This document shows, piece after piece, positions 1 to 15,067 of a stretch of DNA of 64,000 nt (within the stretch, counting starts at the first letter, position 1; each line of letters starts with the position of its first letter). The notes below the pieces were generated by a model. It saw only the letters and a list, made by a program, of their open reading frames with translations. It did no database searches and was not told where the DNA came from. Source of the stretch: Octopus vulgaris (taxonomy: Eukaryota); NCBI GenBank assembly GCA_951406725.2, contig OX597820.1, positions 74,834,001 through 74,898,000 of the forward strand, in the 5' to 3' direction. Position numbers and translations under genes: made by a program.

Positions 1-780
<780 letters not shown>

Positions 781-816
781 TTATCCATGTGCAAATGTAA
801 ATGTGCAAATATAACA

Positions 817-1303
817 AATGAGAGAAAGAGGAAATGGAATTCACGAGATCTTTATTAATCAAAAACGATCGTTCCTATCCGTCTTGCATCGGTCTCTCGC
901 AGGTAAAGATTTTGGAGAACTGGTTGTGGTGCATCCCTCGGAACAGATGTGTCTCTTTAGGTGATCTTTCAAACGGTTCCACGCTCAATAAACTCAGTAT
1001 TGCTTGGTTCTATTGTAATGCATTTCGTTATTTGCCTGTAACTCGATGCATACAGGGTTTCGTTCATTGAAATATAACCCGATACAGGCAAATTACGAAA
1101 TGCATTACAATAGAACCAAGCGAAACGAGGTTTATTGAGTGAAGTACCCTTTGAAAATTCACCTTATGAGACACATCTGCACCAAAGGATGCACCACAAA
1201 GAGTTGCCCAGAATCAAACCCAGGAGAGACCGATGCAAGATGGACCGAAATGATCGTTGTGACTAATATACAACCTCATGAATTCCATTTTCTCTTTCTC
1301 CCA
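817..1303. repeat. Imperfect palindrome of about 490 bp (foldback, probably Penelope-derived)
   Basis: Arms about 817-1040 and 1083-1303, e.g. GCTTGGTTCTATTGTAATGCATTTCG / CGAAATGCATTACAATAGAACCAAGC. Confidence 0.85.
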
Positions 1304-1561
1304 TTAGCTATATACACGACGGGCACAGAGAAAATCCCGAAGTAAATCCAAAGTCATTTATATCATTTATATCTATAGTTATACTGCTGATGACATCAAA
1401 TGGACTCAGACTGTGAACGTGCTTTAATCGGCACACCACAAGGTGTATAGCCAAGTCTAAAATAAATGTAGGAATATATTTGTACGTACATAATACATAC
1501 ATGCATACATACATACATACATACATACATACATACACACATACATACATACATACATACA

Positions 1562-1615
<54 letters not shown>

Positions 1616-1979
1616 TGAATTAAGTTAGAGGTTATAACAGCTGTGTAAAGGATACAATGAAGCCACTGGTGTATTGCTTACATTTAATCATAAGCATTGT
1701 TGTTAATGCTCATAAATGATAGGTAATGACAGAATTAAAAAGAAAGTTTATCAATATTCAAGGAAAATAGAAAATGGAGATACAATTGATGAATAACAAT
1801 TGATTTAGATCTTGTGAAGTATATTTGCCACCTAAATGTGGCTAATCCTTAAGGGTCGATGCTACTGTAGCTTGTAGCCCCAGGAAGACATCACCTCCTG
1901 CTTGCTATTGACACACTATCTGTGCCCTATCAGTATTTGCAAAAGGAAGTCATCGTTCCCATCTCCAGCCTGACGTGAT

Positions 1980-2024
1980 ACACACGGACCTGAGTTTTTG
2001 GGTATTGACTTGTCATCAATGTGT
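1980..2024 (-). ncRNA. Degenerate minimal hammerhead ribozyme in a Penelope pLTR-like fragment (about 1815-2065)
   Basis: acaca-tTGATGA-c..gtcaataccc-aAAAAC-tcag-GTC-cgtgtgt. The core has mutations. Confidence 0.5.
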
Positions 2025-2233
2025 GACAATGACCGCTTGGCGATGAGAAGTGGTTCTCCATACAAATATATATACTTTTTCCAGTGACAAAAAATCACTA
2101 CTCTCGAAAATGTTGAAACAAGCAATAATAAATCTCTGAGCGAGGTAAAAACAGTAGCAGCACGACATCGTGAAGTATATTTAAATCAATTATCATTTAA
2201 TTAATTAATTAATTACAAAAAGACAGAATCTCA

Positions 2234-2351
2234 ACTTACAGTTGTTTCAGTTAGCATGATTCCCAGTTTTAACCGCCACAATAATGATAATAATAGTTAT
2301 CATTGTAGGTAATTAGTTATAACAAACTGAATCACGAAACTTCATCAGAGC
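2234..2351 (-). ncRNA. Hammerhead ribozyme-like motif with long helix II insertion
   Basis: gct-CTGATGA-agtttcgtgatt...aatcatgctaact-GAAAC-aact-GTA-agt. Helix III is one change from the palindrome ACAGCTGT. Confidence 0.55.
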
Positions 2352-3044
2352 GGAAAAGTAAATAAAATATAAGTAAAAAAAAAAAAAGGAGAAAAAGGAG
2401 AAAGTGAGAACGGTGATAATCGATTGGTGCCACATGCTGATCCACTGTGAAACATTCGACCTACTGGAATTTAGAAATAGAATAAGAGGTAGTTATGATA
2501 TTAAGTGGTACGTTCCAATATACAGAGGAAAGGCGTGGGTTAGATATATAAAATGAGCAATTTAAGTAAAAAAAATAAAGTGAAACAGTAAGAAATATAA
2601 TTATAAATACGGCTAGTTATAGAACTAAATAATAATAGTGGATCATAATTTACTGTTAATTAATTTCGTATGCATTTTACTAATTATTATAAGTAGGCAG
2701 TATACCTGAAACAACCCCGGGTTTGGAGTAGGACTGGACCAGACAGTAAGAGGATACAATTGATCAGTTAATTTTTAAAAAAGGGTGACCATTAAGAAAC
2801 CTTTACTCGCTGAAGTAAAAAGGCAAACATCATATGTATATGTTGTAAGGGGCCATATGCCGCTTGTATAAGTATGATTTAGAAGCATATAATGTTGAAA
2901 TGAGCAGTAGTGGTTATCAAGTAATTAGAATTAGCGGTTAAGAATATATACAGACACTGTTAAATCAAGTTATACAACATGTATAGGTGGGTGGGTTGTA
3001 TCTAATTTACAATATTACATATCCAAACTGTGTTATAATATATC

Positions 3045-3183
3045 TCTCTTTTACTCTTTTACTTCTTTCAATCCTTTGACTGCGGCCATGCAGGAGCACC
3101 GCCTTAAGTCGAGCAAATCGACCCCAGGACTTATTCTATGGAAGCCTAGTACTTATTCTATCGGTCTCTTTTGCCGAACCGCT
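3045..3183 (-). mobile_element. SINE family A, 3' fragment
   Basis: Reverse complement of the 3' part of 4919-5325. Confidence 0.85.
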
Positions 3184-3302
3184 ATCTTGCCGCGCCCTTT
3201 CGCGCACATATGGGCATTCGTAGGTCTGCAATTATATATCTATGGACGTGCTTGTGCATCCACATGTGGCCATAAAGATATAGATATATATTCATGCGTT
3301 GT

Positions 3303-3670
3303 GGAGGCACAATAGCCCAGTGATTAGGGTAGCGGACTCGCGGTCGTAGAATCACGGTTTCGATTCCCACGCCGGGCGTTGTGAGTGCTTATTGAGTAAA
3401 AGCACTTAAAGCACCGGCAGCGAGTGGTTCCTAACCTTGCTGTATTCTTTCACCACAACTTTCTCTCATTCTTTCTTCCTGATTCTGTCGTACCTGTATT
3501 TCGAACGGCCACTCTTGTCACACACTGTGTCACGCTGAATCACCCCGAGAACTACGTTAAGGGTACAGGTGTCTGTGGTGTGCTCAGCCACTTGCACTTT
3601 AATTACACGAGCAGGGTGTTCTGTTGATCGGATCAACTGGAACCCTCGTCGTCGTAACCGACAGAGTGCC
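3303..3670 (+). mobile_element. tRNA-derived SINE family C
   Basis: tRNA-like head with A box and B box (GGTTTCGATTCCC). The body is shared with 51080-51375. Confidence 0.85.
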
Positions 3671-3722
3671 GTAGTATATTCGTCCGCACACATGGATATA
3701 CAGTTATGTGTATATTAGTGCG

Positions 3723-4035
3723 GAGGAGACCCCTTTCGGTCACGAATAATCATAGAATTGCACCTAGAATGTTCCCTTCTGTGGCACAAGTCCGGGTAAG
3801 GTTGTTTATGGAAAAACAGCATTTGGCCATGCATGCCAGCCTTCCCTCTCCACGCCACCGATGTTATCCAAAAGAAAGGCAAAGGGGCCGACACAGCTTG
3901 GCACCAGTCATGTTGCAACTCATTTCTACAGTTGAATGAACTGAAGCAACATGAAATAAAGTATCTTGCTCAAGAACACAGCACGCAGCCCGGCCCGGGA
4001 TCGACGCTCTAACCACTGAGCCATGCGCCTTCACT
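3723..4035 (-). mobile_element. tRNA-derived SINE family D
   Basis: Head GGCGCATGGCTCAGTGGTTAGAGCG on the minus strand and a CORE-like TTCTTGAGCAAG motif. Confidence 0.75.
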
Positions 4036-4469
4036 GTATGTTAGTATAGAAAGAAATATAAGTAGATACCCCTATGAGAGTGAACAATTGGTATTGAGTT
4101 GTTAAGTAACGAGAGAGTTATGTGGAGGAAATGGTAAGAGTAAGTCATAGGACTAGGTGGGGGAGGTTGTATTTGTTTCAAGGTGTAAACTTGCTGAGTT
4201 TAACATTAATCAATAAACCAACCAGATACACAGAGAAGTTTGCGCATACATACGGATAAATAGAAAATGAGGCAGGGTTTCTAAACCAGACATATAAACT
4301 ATCTACCTAACCACTTACCTACCTACCTACCTACCTACCTACCTACCTACCTACCTACCTACCTACCTACCTACCTACCTACCTACCTACCTACCTACCT
4401 GCCTGCCTAGATACCTACCTACTTACCTACCTAGCTATCTACCTACCTGCCTGCCTACCTACCTACCTA

Positions 4470-4885
4470 CCACATGGTTCCCAATTCACTGCTGCTGCGT
4501 TGCATCTTGGGCAATTGTATTCTACTAAATCCTCGGTCCGGCCAAACCCTTTGAAACCTGTCGTGTCTAATTGTTTATACATACACACACACATACATAC
4601 ATACATACATACATACATACATACATACATACATACATACTTACATACATACATACATACATACATGTGAGTGTGTGTTTGTATTTTTTGTGTTCCCCAC
4701 CATCGCTTTACAACCGATGTTGATGTGCTTACGTCCACGTAGTTTAGAGGTTCGGCAAAAAAGGACTCATGGAGCAAGTACTAGGCATAAAAAATATAAT
4801 TACTCGAGTCGACTGATTTGACTAAAACTACTTCAAGGCGGTGCTCTTACATGGCTGCACTTTAATAACTGAAACAAATAAGAAA
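4470..4885 (+). mobile_element. SINE family A, degenerate copy
   Basis: Homologous to 4919-5325. Confidence 0.8.
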
Positions 4886-4918
4886 TAATGAAAAAAGTTA
4901 TAATGAATTGAACGATAT

Positions 4919-5325
4919 AGGCGTAGGAGTGGCTGTGTGGTAAGTAGCTTGCTTACGAACCACATGGTTCCGGGTTCAGTCCCAATGCGTGTCATCTTGG
5001 GCAAGTGTGTTCTACTATAGCCTACGGCCGACCAATACTTTGTGAGTGGATTTGGTTGACGGAAACTGAAAGAAGCCCGTCGTATATATATATATTTGTT
5101 TGTGTGTGTGTGTTGTGTTTGTGTGTCTGCGTTTGTCCCCCAACATCGCTTGACAACCGAGTCTTGTGTGTTTACGTCCCCGTAACTTAGCAATTCGGCA
5201 AAAGAGACCGATAGAATAAGTACTAGGCTTACAAAAATAAGTCTTGGGGTCGATTTGCCCGACTAAAGGCGGTGCTCCAGCATGGCCACAGTCACGTGAC
5301 TGAAACAAGTAAGAGTAAAAGAGAG
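4919..5325 (+). mobile_element. SINE family A (tRNA head, CORE-like CTTGGGCAAGT, internal (TA/TG)n), full length
   Basis: A and B boxes present. At least 9 homologous copies or fragments in the window. Confidence 0.9.
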
Positions 5326-6060
5326 CAATATTTCACTTACATTATGTAGATACAAATACATGCGCCAAATCAATATTCGAATTGTTCACACATACACACA
5401 CGCGTGCACACACACACACAAGTTTTCTGAAGAGAGTACAAATCATTCAATCTATTGCGACTGATTGCTGGTGTCCATTGTGTCACTTTCTAAAATATTT
5501 AAAAGCTAAATCAAGTTAAATTCGATGTCAAAGTTGTAATTTCAGATTCAAAACTTCAGTACAAAACATCTTGATTTTTCAGTTTGCTCATCACCAACAC
5601 AATTGTCTTCAAAATATATTTATATTAATTTATTTGTTTATTTATACATATTGTGAAAGGTAATTTTAGTTAATAATGAACTTCTATGGGTTTGAATGTT
5701 TAAGATATAATTTAAATTTAGCTTCATTCATATTGCTATAATATTTTTGTTTGTTTATTGGTATTTTGGTTTTGTTTACAAATAAATTTCGCTTAATGAG
5801 ATTATCTCATATTTGGTTTCATTGGCCTGCTCTAAAAAAAAAAAAAAGAAGAAAAAAAAAGAAAGAAAAAATTCTAATTTGGTGCTTCTCTTGTTCAAAA
5901 TAGATACATAGACGTCTATTTTATAAATAGATTTAATGCAAATATTCTTGTTAGAAAAATTGTTATGGCTGTAAGGGATTTGTGACAAAAATTACGAATC
6001 AATTCATTAAATATTCTTATTTTCTTGAAGGTGTTATTTAAAAAAGAATTATTATCATCA

Positions 6061-6121
<61 letters not shown>

Positions 6122-6429
6122 CGATAAAACATACTATTATCATTTCCATCAAAATTTTTGTCATTTATTTTGATTTAAACTTTAAATTTGTAAAGAAATA
6201 AAATTTGATTACTCGAGACAAAGCTTGAAAATTATATTTTTATGCTTTTTCTTAATTTATTTCATATTGCATTCTCTTTAATTTAATTCGATGGCAATAT
6301 AAATGTTTTTCCTTTGACAGACTATTCATATAAAAACTGAAATTCCTGTCATGTTCAATATTTCATGTAGCTTCCATTATCACAATGGTTCTTGTTAATG
6401 CAGCTTGCATACTGGTATACGTACATACT

Positions 6430-8185
6430 CTTTTAGGCTCTTATTTGTTTCAGTCATTTGATTGCGGCCATGCTGGGGCACCGCCTTGTAGTCGAGCAAA
6501 TCGACCCCAGGACTTATTCTTTGTAAGCCTAGTACTTATTCTATCGGTCTCTTTTGCCGAGCCGCTAAGTTACGGGGGACGCAAACACACCAGAATCGGT
6601 TGTCAAGCGATGTTGGGGGGACAAACACAGACACACAAACACATACACATATAGAAATACATATATACGACGGGCTTCCTTCAGTTTCCGTCTACCAAAT
6701 CTACTCACAAGAATTTGGTCGGCCCGAGGCTATAGTAGTAGACACTTGCCCAAGGAGCCACGCAGTGGGACTGAACCCGGAACCATGTGGTTGGTAAGCA
6801 AGTTACTTTTATACAAAAAATTGGCCATGAAAGCCGTACACAGATAAGTAGCTGCGGGCTGGACAAAAACATTAAGGAGATGAGGATGATAATGATAAAG
6901 AACCCCCCCCCCAAATCATTGTTCTTTTATTCAATTTTACACAATACAATGTTTCTTTTATAGATAATGATTAGTCCACAGAATCATTTATACAAAGACA
7001 TCTATAGCAAACACCTATCCTCATCATCAGAGCCCCCAAGCAAGTAACCTGCTGCCTGCAGACAACACAGCATCGACAGGTCGGGGCCTGCGAAGAGGAA
7101 AGCAAATTCTTCCTTGTCAAAGGTCACAGCGACCTTTGACAAAATTTTGTATTTTATTACCTCCGCAGCCACTGCGGAGGCCATAATGAACTACTTATAC
7201 AGGCCGAGTACGCACGGTCTCGGTCGCCCACGCCATCCAAGAATTCACTTACAGTCACTCCCTCGGGGAAAAGGAGGACCAACTCCTCCTCCTCCTCCTC
7301 ACGGGAGAAACCTCAAACTGCTCTGTCAGCTTCGGTTGGGGTGTTAAAATGTACGCACACAGTTCCGTACTTCGCATCCCTGTGGATAAACTTAACAGTT
7401 GGCAGATAATCTGCCTACTCCTTCTTAATCTCTTCCTCAGAGAAGACCTTGATGGTGTCAAGGAACCTGGAATAGGTCCTTAACACCACTGTTTTCTCTG
7501 TGTAATTTTTTAACCATTCTTTGGGGGCCAAAATTTGCCACTCCAAAGCGGATTTCACAGTTGCCATGTTGATAGCCAAAACAAAATAATAATTCACTAA
7601 CAAAAGTCAAAATGTTCAAATAAAAGTCTATAAAAAACTCAAAACAGATCAGAAAGACAAACAAGAGAAGAAAGAGCGAAGGAAGATAGTCCAAAATGAC
7701 AACACAACACAACACAATTCCACTACTGGTAATCCAAACTGGTAATCCAAAATGGTATCAATACTTGCTGTGTTCGTACTCCTTGCCTGTGGTAAATCCA
7801 AGGAACTTCCAGGGCACGAACACAGTCACACAAAGACAATTTCAAATTAATTTTTTGCGGAGGGGCTACGCCTCCTCAAAAACACAAACCTCAATGCAAA
7901 GTGAGTCTTTACGTACGACCACAGGCAGACAATTATCTGGAGCAGAGTGGAGACTGCTGCTCACAAAAAAAAATATTAAATACAGGACAAGAAACTCCAC
8001 TAAGACCTAAAAAAATACAACAAACGCCTACCTGTAATCGAGCCTCAAAGTTCACTATTTCACGAAAGACGTGACTTCTTCAGTGGGACACAATGGGACA
8101 TGCGCACACCGACAACAAAGAATCATGGGAAGTCTCAAAGCTTCATGGGAAGCGAGCTACTTACTACACAGCCACTCCTGCGCCT
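6430..8185 (-). mobile_element. SINE family A copy split by a 1.34-kb insertion
   Basis: Body at 6430-6808; the head resumes at 8150-8185. Confidence 0.85.
6809..8149 (-). mobile_element. Non-autonomous non-LTR element with decayed ORF1-like (L1/Tx1-type) frame
   Basis: 13-bp imperfect TSD AAGCAAGTTACTT (6796-6808) / AAGCGAGCTACTT (8150-8162). Frame MATVKSALEW..EKTVVLRTYSR..FIHRDAKYGTVCVHF, with stops. AATAAA near 6926. Clade assignment is inferred. Confidence 0.6.
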
Positions 8186-8372
8186 AAAAGTGTAGCAATG
8201 AATATATGAGAGGGTTACTGGATAAGATAAATTATCATCTCAGTTTAGAAGTAATGGCTTGTATTTCGAATCCCATCTGGTTTTCTCTACAGTCAGAATA
8301 TAACGCCCAACCACACAGGCACTCCTGCGCCATAGATAAATATTTATACATATGTATGCGCATAGGTATGAA

Positions 8373-8435
<63 letters not shown>

Positions 8436-8499
8436 GTATATGTATGATGAAGTATGTATGTTTGTATCTATCAATCTATCTATCAATTTATACATATTT

Positions 8500-9258
<759 letters not shown>

Positions 9259-9279
9259 ATCTATCTATCTATCTATCTA

Positions 9280-9417
<138 letters not shown>

Positions 9418-11389
9418 TCTATATACTTAAGCTCATTCCAAAGAAACTGGTGCTAGTGGGCCCCGTCAAGATTTGTATTATTTACCAAAATAGAAAAAAA
9501 AAGAGTACGTACGAAGTGGGAAATCGAACGTGTCTGACAATGACCTTCCTCAAGGAAAATTTGAAATGATTAATTAAAATAGAAATGGAAGGGTTTCACA
9601 TATCATCTATTCCCTTTATCTCACTCTCACTTCCACTCGCTTCTTCTCCTCCTTTCCATTTCCTTCTACCTATGTTATCCAGTTTTCCTCTTCAACTAAT
9701 TTGTCCCCACACAAGGAGCTTGCGTTTCTTTTCAGTTCAGACCAGTTTCTTCTAACTTAGGAAATGTAATTTCCCTCCTGTCAAATTTTGCTTCAAGAAG
9801 CACATTGTCAGCAAGTTCGCATTTTCCACACCCTATGGAAATTTCACCGGACACTTTTAACCCTTTTGTCAAATATGAAAGGATGAAGTATAAATTTATA
9901 TTTATATGCTCTGTGCTTTAAATAACTTCGTTGGCATTTTGTTAGTCTTCTAGTTTTAACAAAATGTAATTAAACTTTTCAGATTCATTTATTTATAATG
10001 GAGACAAGATCATTTCCTGGGCTAAAGAAGGTTTGTTAATAATAATATTATAACTTTTCGGATTATTTCCCTGATCTTTAGAGATGAAAGTATTTATGTG
10101 ACAGAATAAATACATTTACTGTTTATTCGTTTTGGGGCGTTATATTCTGACTGTAGAGAAAACTAGATGTGATTCGAAATATAAGCACATATCATATTGT
10201 GTTTAACTTAACTTCTGTTTTAATTTTATAGTATCTATGGTAAGTTATTTATTTTTGGGTGAGTGGAACTGTGTGAATAATGATTAAGTGTGGTGCATGT
10301 AGACGGCTGATGTAGTTGTGCAGGAAAGAGGAATAGCGGATATTAAGATGAAAGTATGTGTTAGTAGGGTGTGGGTTGGTCGAAAGCTCCGGTGAGTAGA
10401 TTTATTTTGGTCTGATGTGGGAAATTTGTTATTTTTTATGGTTCAGTCAGGTGCGGAATCAAACCGGTGAGCAGATATGTCAAATTCAGGTCAACATATT
10501 CTTTATATATAAAGTTAGTTTATTTTGTTACTGTCGATTTGAGCTCAGAAATCAATTCTTGTTGATAAACCTGCTCTCCAGTTCGATAGCAGAAACTTTT
10601 CGAGATGCTTGCATTTTATGAAACTTTTCGATCTCCTGTTCAGAGGTCGGTCGAGTCCTTGGATTAAAAAAAAAAAAAGGAAATTAGATTTTTCAGCTAC
10701 ACAAGCCTGCTCTTCCTTAAGCACTTAATGTATGGTGTAGATAGTGTGATTTGTAGGGTACATTTGGCCTACCGCTCCAAGATGTGGCTAGCAAACTTAG
10801 TGGTTTTCTCCTTCTCTGCTTCTTCGAAAGACGACTGGTGATTGGCATATGATATTTTAGAGTCATATCCACCTAGATCAATATAAATTTTATTTCAGTT
10901 TAGTTATTTGGTAGCACTATGCATGCCTCGTCGATTGGTAAGTATCTGGGTCAATGAATTTAATTATGTAAGGCTGCAGGTGTAAGTGATATTCACAGAA
11001 AAATCTATTAAATGTCTTAATTTAGGAAATGAAATGCATGTTACACACATTTTTATCGTTATTGTATTTCCTGCGCATATTCGTTTTCCACAGTTTTGTT
11101 TGACGAGTATTTCAAGACAGATTTTATGGTATTTGTTCCGACTCTTCGTTCTGAGTTCAAATTATGTGGACATTAACTTTGATTTGTACCTTCCAGGGTT
11201 GATAGAATAAAGTACTAGTGAAGAAGCGAGTTGATGTAATCTACTACTCCTCATATTGCACATATTCTTACCTAGTTCTTAAATCTGAATTATTTGAAGT
11301 AGAAATCCATCTGTATGCTTTTCGTTCAGGCATTCACATTATCCTAATTTTACTGATAACCCTAAACTTGAAATCAATATTTCACTCCA

Positions 11390-11595
11390 GTAAGGTGGCA
11401 ACATGACAGAATTATCTGCTCGTCGGGCAAAATAATTAGCGATGTTTTACATTCCCTTTTTACATTCTGAATTCGAATTCCGCGTTTCATCCGTTCGAGG
11501 TCGATAAAATAAACATCAGTCAAACATTGCGGTCGATGTAATTGACTTAACCACTGCCTCGATCTTGTTGACCTTGTGCCAAAATTTTAAACTAA
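11390..11595 (+). mobile_element. SINE family B, degenerate
   Basis: AAGGTGGC.. head and TTTCATCC..GTCGATAAAAT core. Confidence 0.7.
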
Positions 11596-12064
11596 TAGAT
11601 TTGTAGACTGCATTTTATAATATTTACTTTATTTTTCTATTCTTTCATTTTCTATTTCAGTTATTATTGGGCTCACCAGAGGAATATTCTCTATTAGAAA
11701 CATATTAAACTGTATGCTCTTTAATATTAATCATACATGCATACAGACAGACATACATACTTGTGTGTGTGTGTGTGAGTGTGTATGTGTGTGTGAGCGT
11801 GTTTATGTGTTAAACCTATTTTATTATATATAATTTATACTTATGTGATTATTAATACTTATTTCTACGTTTAGGCAGCCTTTCAGTTCACAGAAGGTAT
11901 ATTTAAAAAAAAAAAAAAAACAATTTCCATATATTTCTGAAGTTTATTTTACATTTCGTTTTAGTAAATTGCATAATTTTTAATATTTAACCAGACATGC
12001 TCAATCGTATTTCTTTCCGTTATTTATGCAATTTCTGCATTTTATTGTTGCGTCAACTCAATAA

Positions 12065-12118
<54 letters not shown>

Positions 12119-12141
12119 ATTTGGAATTCTATATTGATCGT

Positions 12142-12187
<46 letters not shown>

Positions 12188-12483
12188 CATTTACTTTTTC
12201 TATCCTAATCGCTACATCGCTTTCAAAATATTCCAAAATAACCTTTTCACAAAAAAGTTGCGATTAAAGCAGAATTTTTTCTCATTGGTATTGAGACAAT
12301 TTTTTTAAACATTATTCTTCAAACATTTAACAGCCATACCAGTAAATTTTGTATTTATAGGTTTTAAATATATTTTAAGAGTTGATGCTAAAATTGCTTA
12401 ATTCACTGCCCCCTAAACTAATTTTAATTTTAACCAGCTTACACAGCTTTTTTAAGTGTTAAACGTTAATTATTTTGACAAGG

Positions 12484-12990
12484 AATATTCGTAGCCACTT
12501 TAACATGGCTGTCCGTTAGAGCGGTCTCTACTACAATTTTTTAACCCCAAGAGGACATCTCCTCTAGCTGGTTAACAATGCACAGCTGCATCCGATAAAA
12601 TAGCGAAGAGGGGAGTGAATCCCTACCATTTCCTAACGACAGAACCAGTAGACCAACCCTGGTTTTGGGCTGTTTCTGCCATTCCTCAGTACTGGACACC
12701 TCCTCAGCCAGAAATGATAGTAGCTCGCTTATGTACACAATATATATATTTCAAGCAAACGCACAGTCGCTGATTTTGCAACAAGCAAAAATCTAGTTCT
12801 AAAACCTCTCTAAGAGACCAACACAGCAGTTGTACTGACAAATAATATTCGTAGCCACTCTAACATAGCTGTGCATCGTTAACCAGCTGAAGTTGATGCC
12901 CACTTGGGATAAAAAAAATCGCAGTAGAGACCGCTTGAACGGACAGCCATCATTCAAGCCGATTCAACTCAGCGACTGTGTGTTCGTTTG

Positions 12991-13000
<10 letters not shown>
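12484..13000. mobile_element. Penelope pLTR-like rearranged element with inverted and direct repeats and a degenerate hammerhead (12658-12712, minus)
   Basis: 12504-12586 is inverted to 12867-12950. AATATTCGTAGCCACT is repeated directly at 12484 and 12844. Motif ctgg-CTGAGGA...GAAACAGC..ccag. Confidence 0.6.
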
Positions 13001-13053
<53 letters not shown>

Positions 13054-13396
13054 TATGCAAAAGAGGAATGACCACTAAAATGGACACCTAATATGCTAAA
13101 CATAGACGTCAAATCGCCATTACCACGAAGAAGAATGTGTTCTCAAGAAAAATCTCACCGTCATCATTGTCGGGCCGATAAAACAAGTATCAATTAACCA
13201 CAAGGGTCGACGTGATCGACTGTCCCTCTCCCTGAAAATTTTAGGCCTTGTACCTTTTGTAGAAGGCGTTCAACTGGAAAATATCGTCAGACGCTCACAA
13301 ACCGCCCAGGTGTTGATAGCTTCGATCTTATTCCGTACATTTAATTTCGACTGAGAATGATCCTTAAGTCGAAATTAAATGGACGGAATAAGATTG

Positions 13397-13493
<97 letters not shown>

Positions 13494-13516
13494 CATTATT
13501 ATTATTGTTGTTGTTG

Positions 13517-13547
<31 letters not shown>

Positions 13548-14624
13548 CATTATTATCATTATTATATTATTATTATTATTATTAGCGACATATATGCGAG
13601 TGTGAGTGGGTCTGTGTGTATGTATGTGTGTGCGCCTGTGTGAGTGTGCGCACGCGAATCTGTGTATGATAATTTTTTTTTGCTAGCATGACAGGTTTGA
13701 GTAATATTCTAATTTATATTCATGTCTCGATATATCCTTATAAATTCTCGTGCACATACTGACACACATGGCATGCATTTGCGCCTATATTCAAACATAC
13801 AAACAGACATAAATTCAGAATTTGTAACACATAAAGTATTTCAGAAGCAACCATATGCTATACACAAAACACCAGACTTCCGATTTTTTTTTCACTTATA
13901 TTTGTTTCCAATTTTAGCGAGGAGCCGGGAGGTGGGTCTAAGCCACGTATCATTGATATGCAATTATGTAAAACGTAAAATATAAATCTGTTAGTCAGAT
14001 TTGCTTTCACTGGAAACTGTCTTTACTTCAATTTATTTGTCAGTGCACGTAGAGAAGCTGTATTTTACACCAAGAAATCAGTAAGGTTACGCGTCAACTA
14101 AAGCTTTTATGAAAGCTATATGCACACCAATATGACAAATGTGTGATAGTTATGTAAAATAGCAAATAGTAATATCTCTCTCACACACAAACTATGCCAT
14201 AAAAAAACAGCAAGCAGTTCGATAAAATGATACAGAAAACAACTAGTTGTAAAAATAAATGGAAGCCATCGTTTAAGTAAATTTAAGGGCTATTAATGAC
14301 AAATAGTTAAAATTCTTAAGATGATGTTCGATGTGTTTATTTTGTGTTGTTTGTAATGTGTTGCTTTTCTAGAGAATCGTAATGTAAGCTGATGACAAGG
14401 AAGAGTGAGATGATTCTGTAACATGAGATATAAATTAGATAAAATAATGACATATGAATTAACACAAACATCCTTCAATCTCTCTCTTTCTCTTTCTCTC
14501 TTTCCCACCTCTCTCTCTCTTTCTGTTTGTCTCTTTCCGCCTCTCACGCATATTTACACATAGATTTCTAATGCAAATCTGAGTCAATCTGATATATATA
14601 TATATATATATTGTTGTTTGTTCT

Positions 14625-14893
14625 TTTTCGAGCCACGCCTTGCTCATAGAGCCAGCTTTCCCGGTTTTCTTGGTGTATACCTTCCCTACATGGACGGGAC
14701 GCCGGTCCGTCGAAGGTGAGCTGCTAGAAGCAGGAGGAAAGAGTGAGAGAAAGTTGTGGCGAAAGTGTCAGCAGAGGTTCACCGGAGCTTAGGTGTTTCG
14801 CTCATAAACATACACATCGCCCGGTCTGAGATTCGAACCCGGGATCCCTCAACCGTGAGTTCGCTGCTCTAACCACTAGGCCATATGCCTCCA
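14625..14893 (-). mobile_element. tRNA-derived SINE with family C head and V-domain-like tail
   Basis: Head matches 3303-3420. The tail CCGGCGTCCCGTCCA..GAAAACCGGGAAAGCT resembles the V-SINE domain. Confidence 0.7.
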
Positions 14894-14920
14894 TATATGT
14901 ATGTATGTGTTTATGTGTGC

Positions 14921-14979
<59 letters not shown>

Positions 14980-15022
14980 GGCGGGTTTATGTATATATAT
15001 ATGTAAGTTTGCATGTATGTAC

Positions 15023-15067
<45 letters not shown>

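Noticed and set aside
1388-1394. CTGATGA hammerhead core
   Set aside because: No matching GAAA or stems were found.
13341-13605. Poly-I/L, YI-repeat and similar ORFs throughout the track
   Set aside because: They are translations of microsatellites, not genes.
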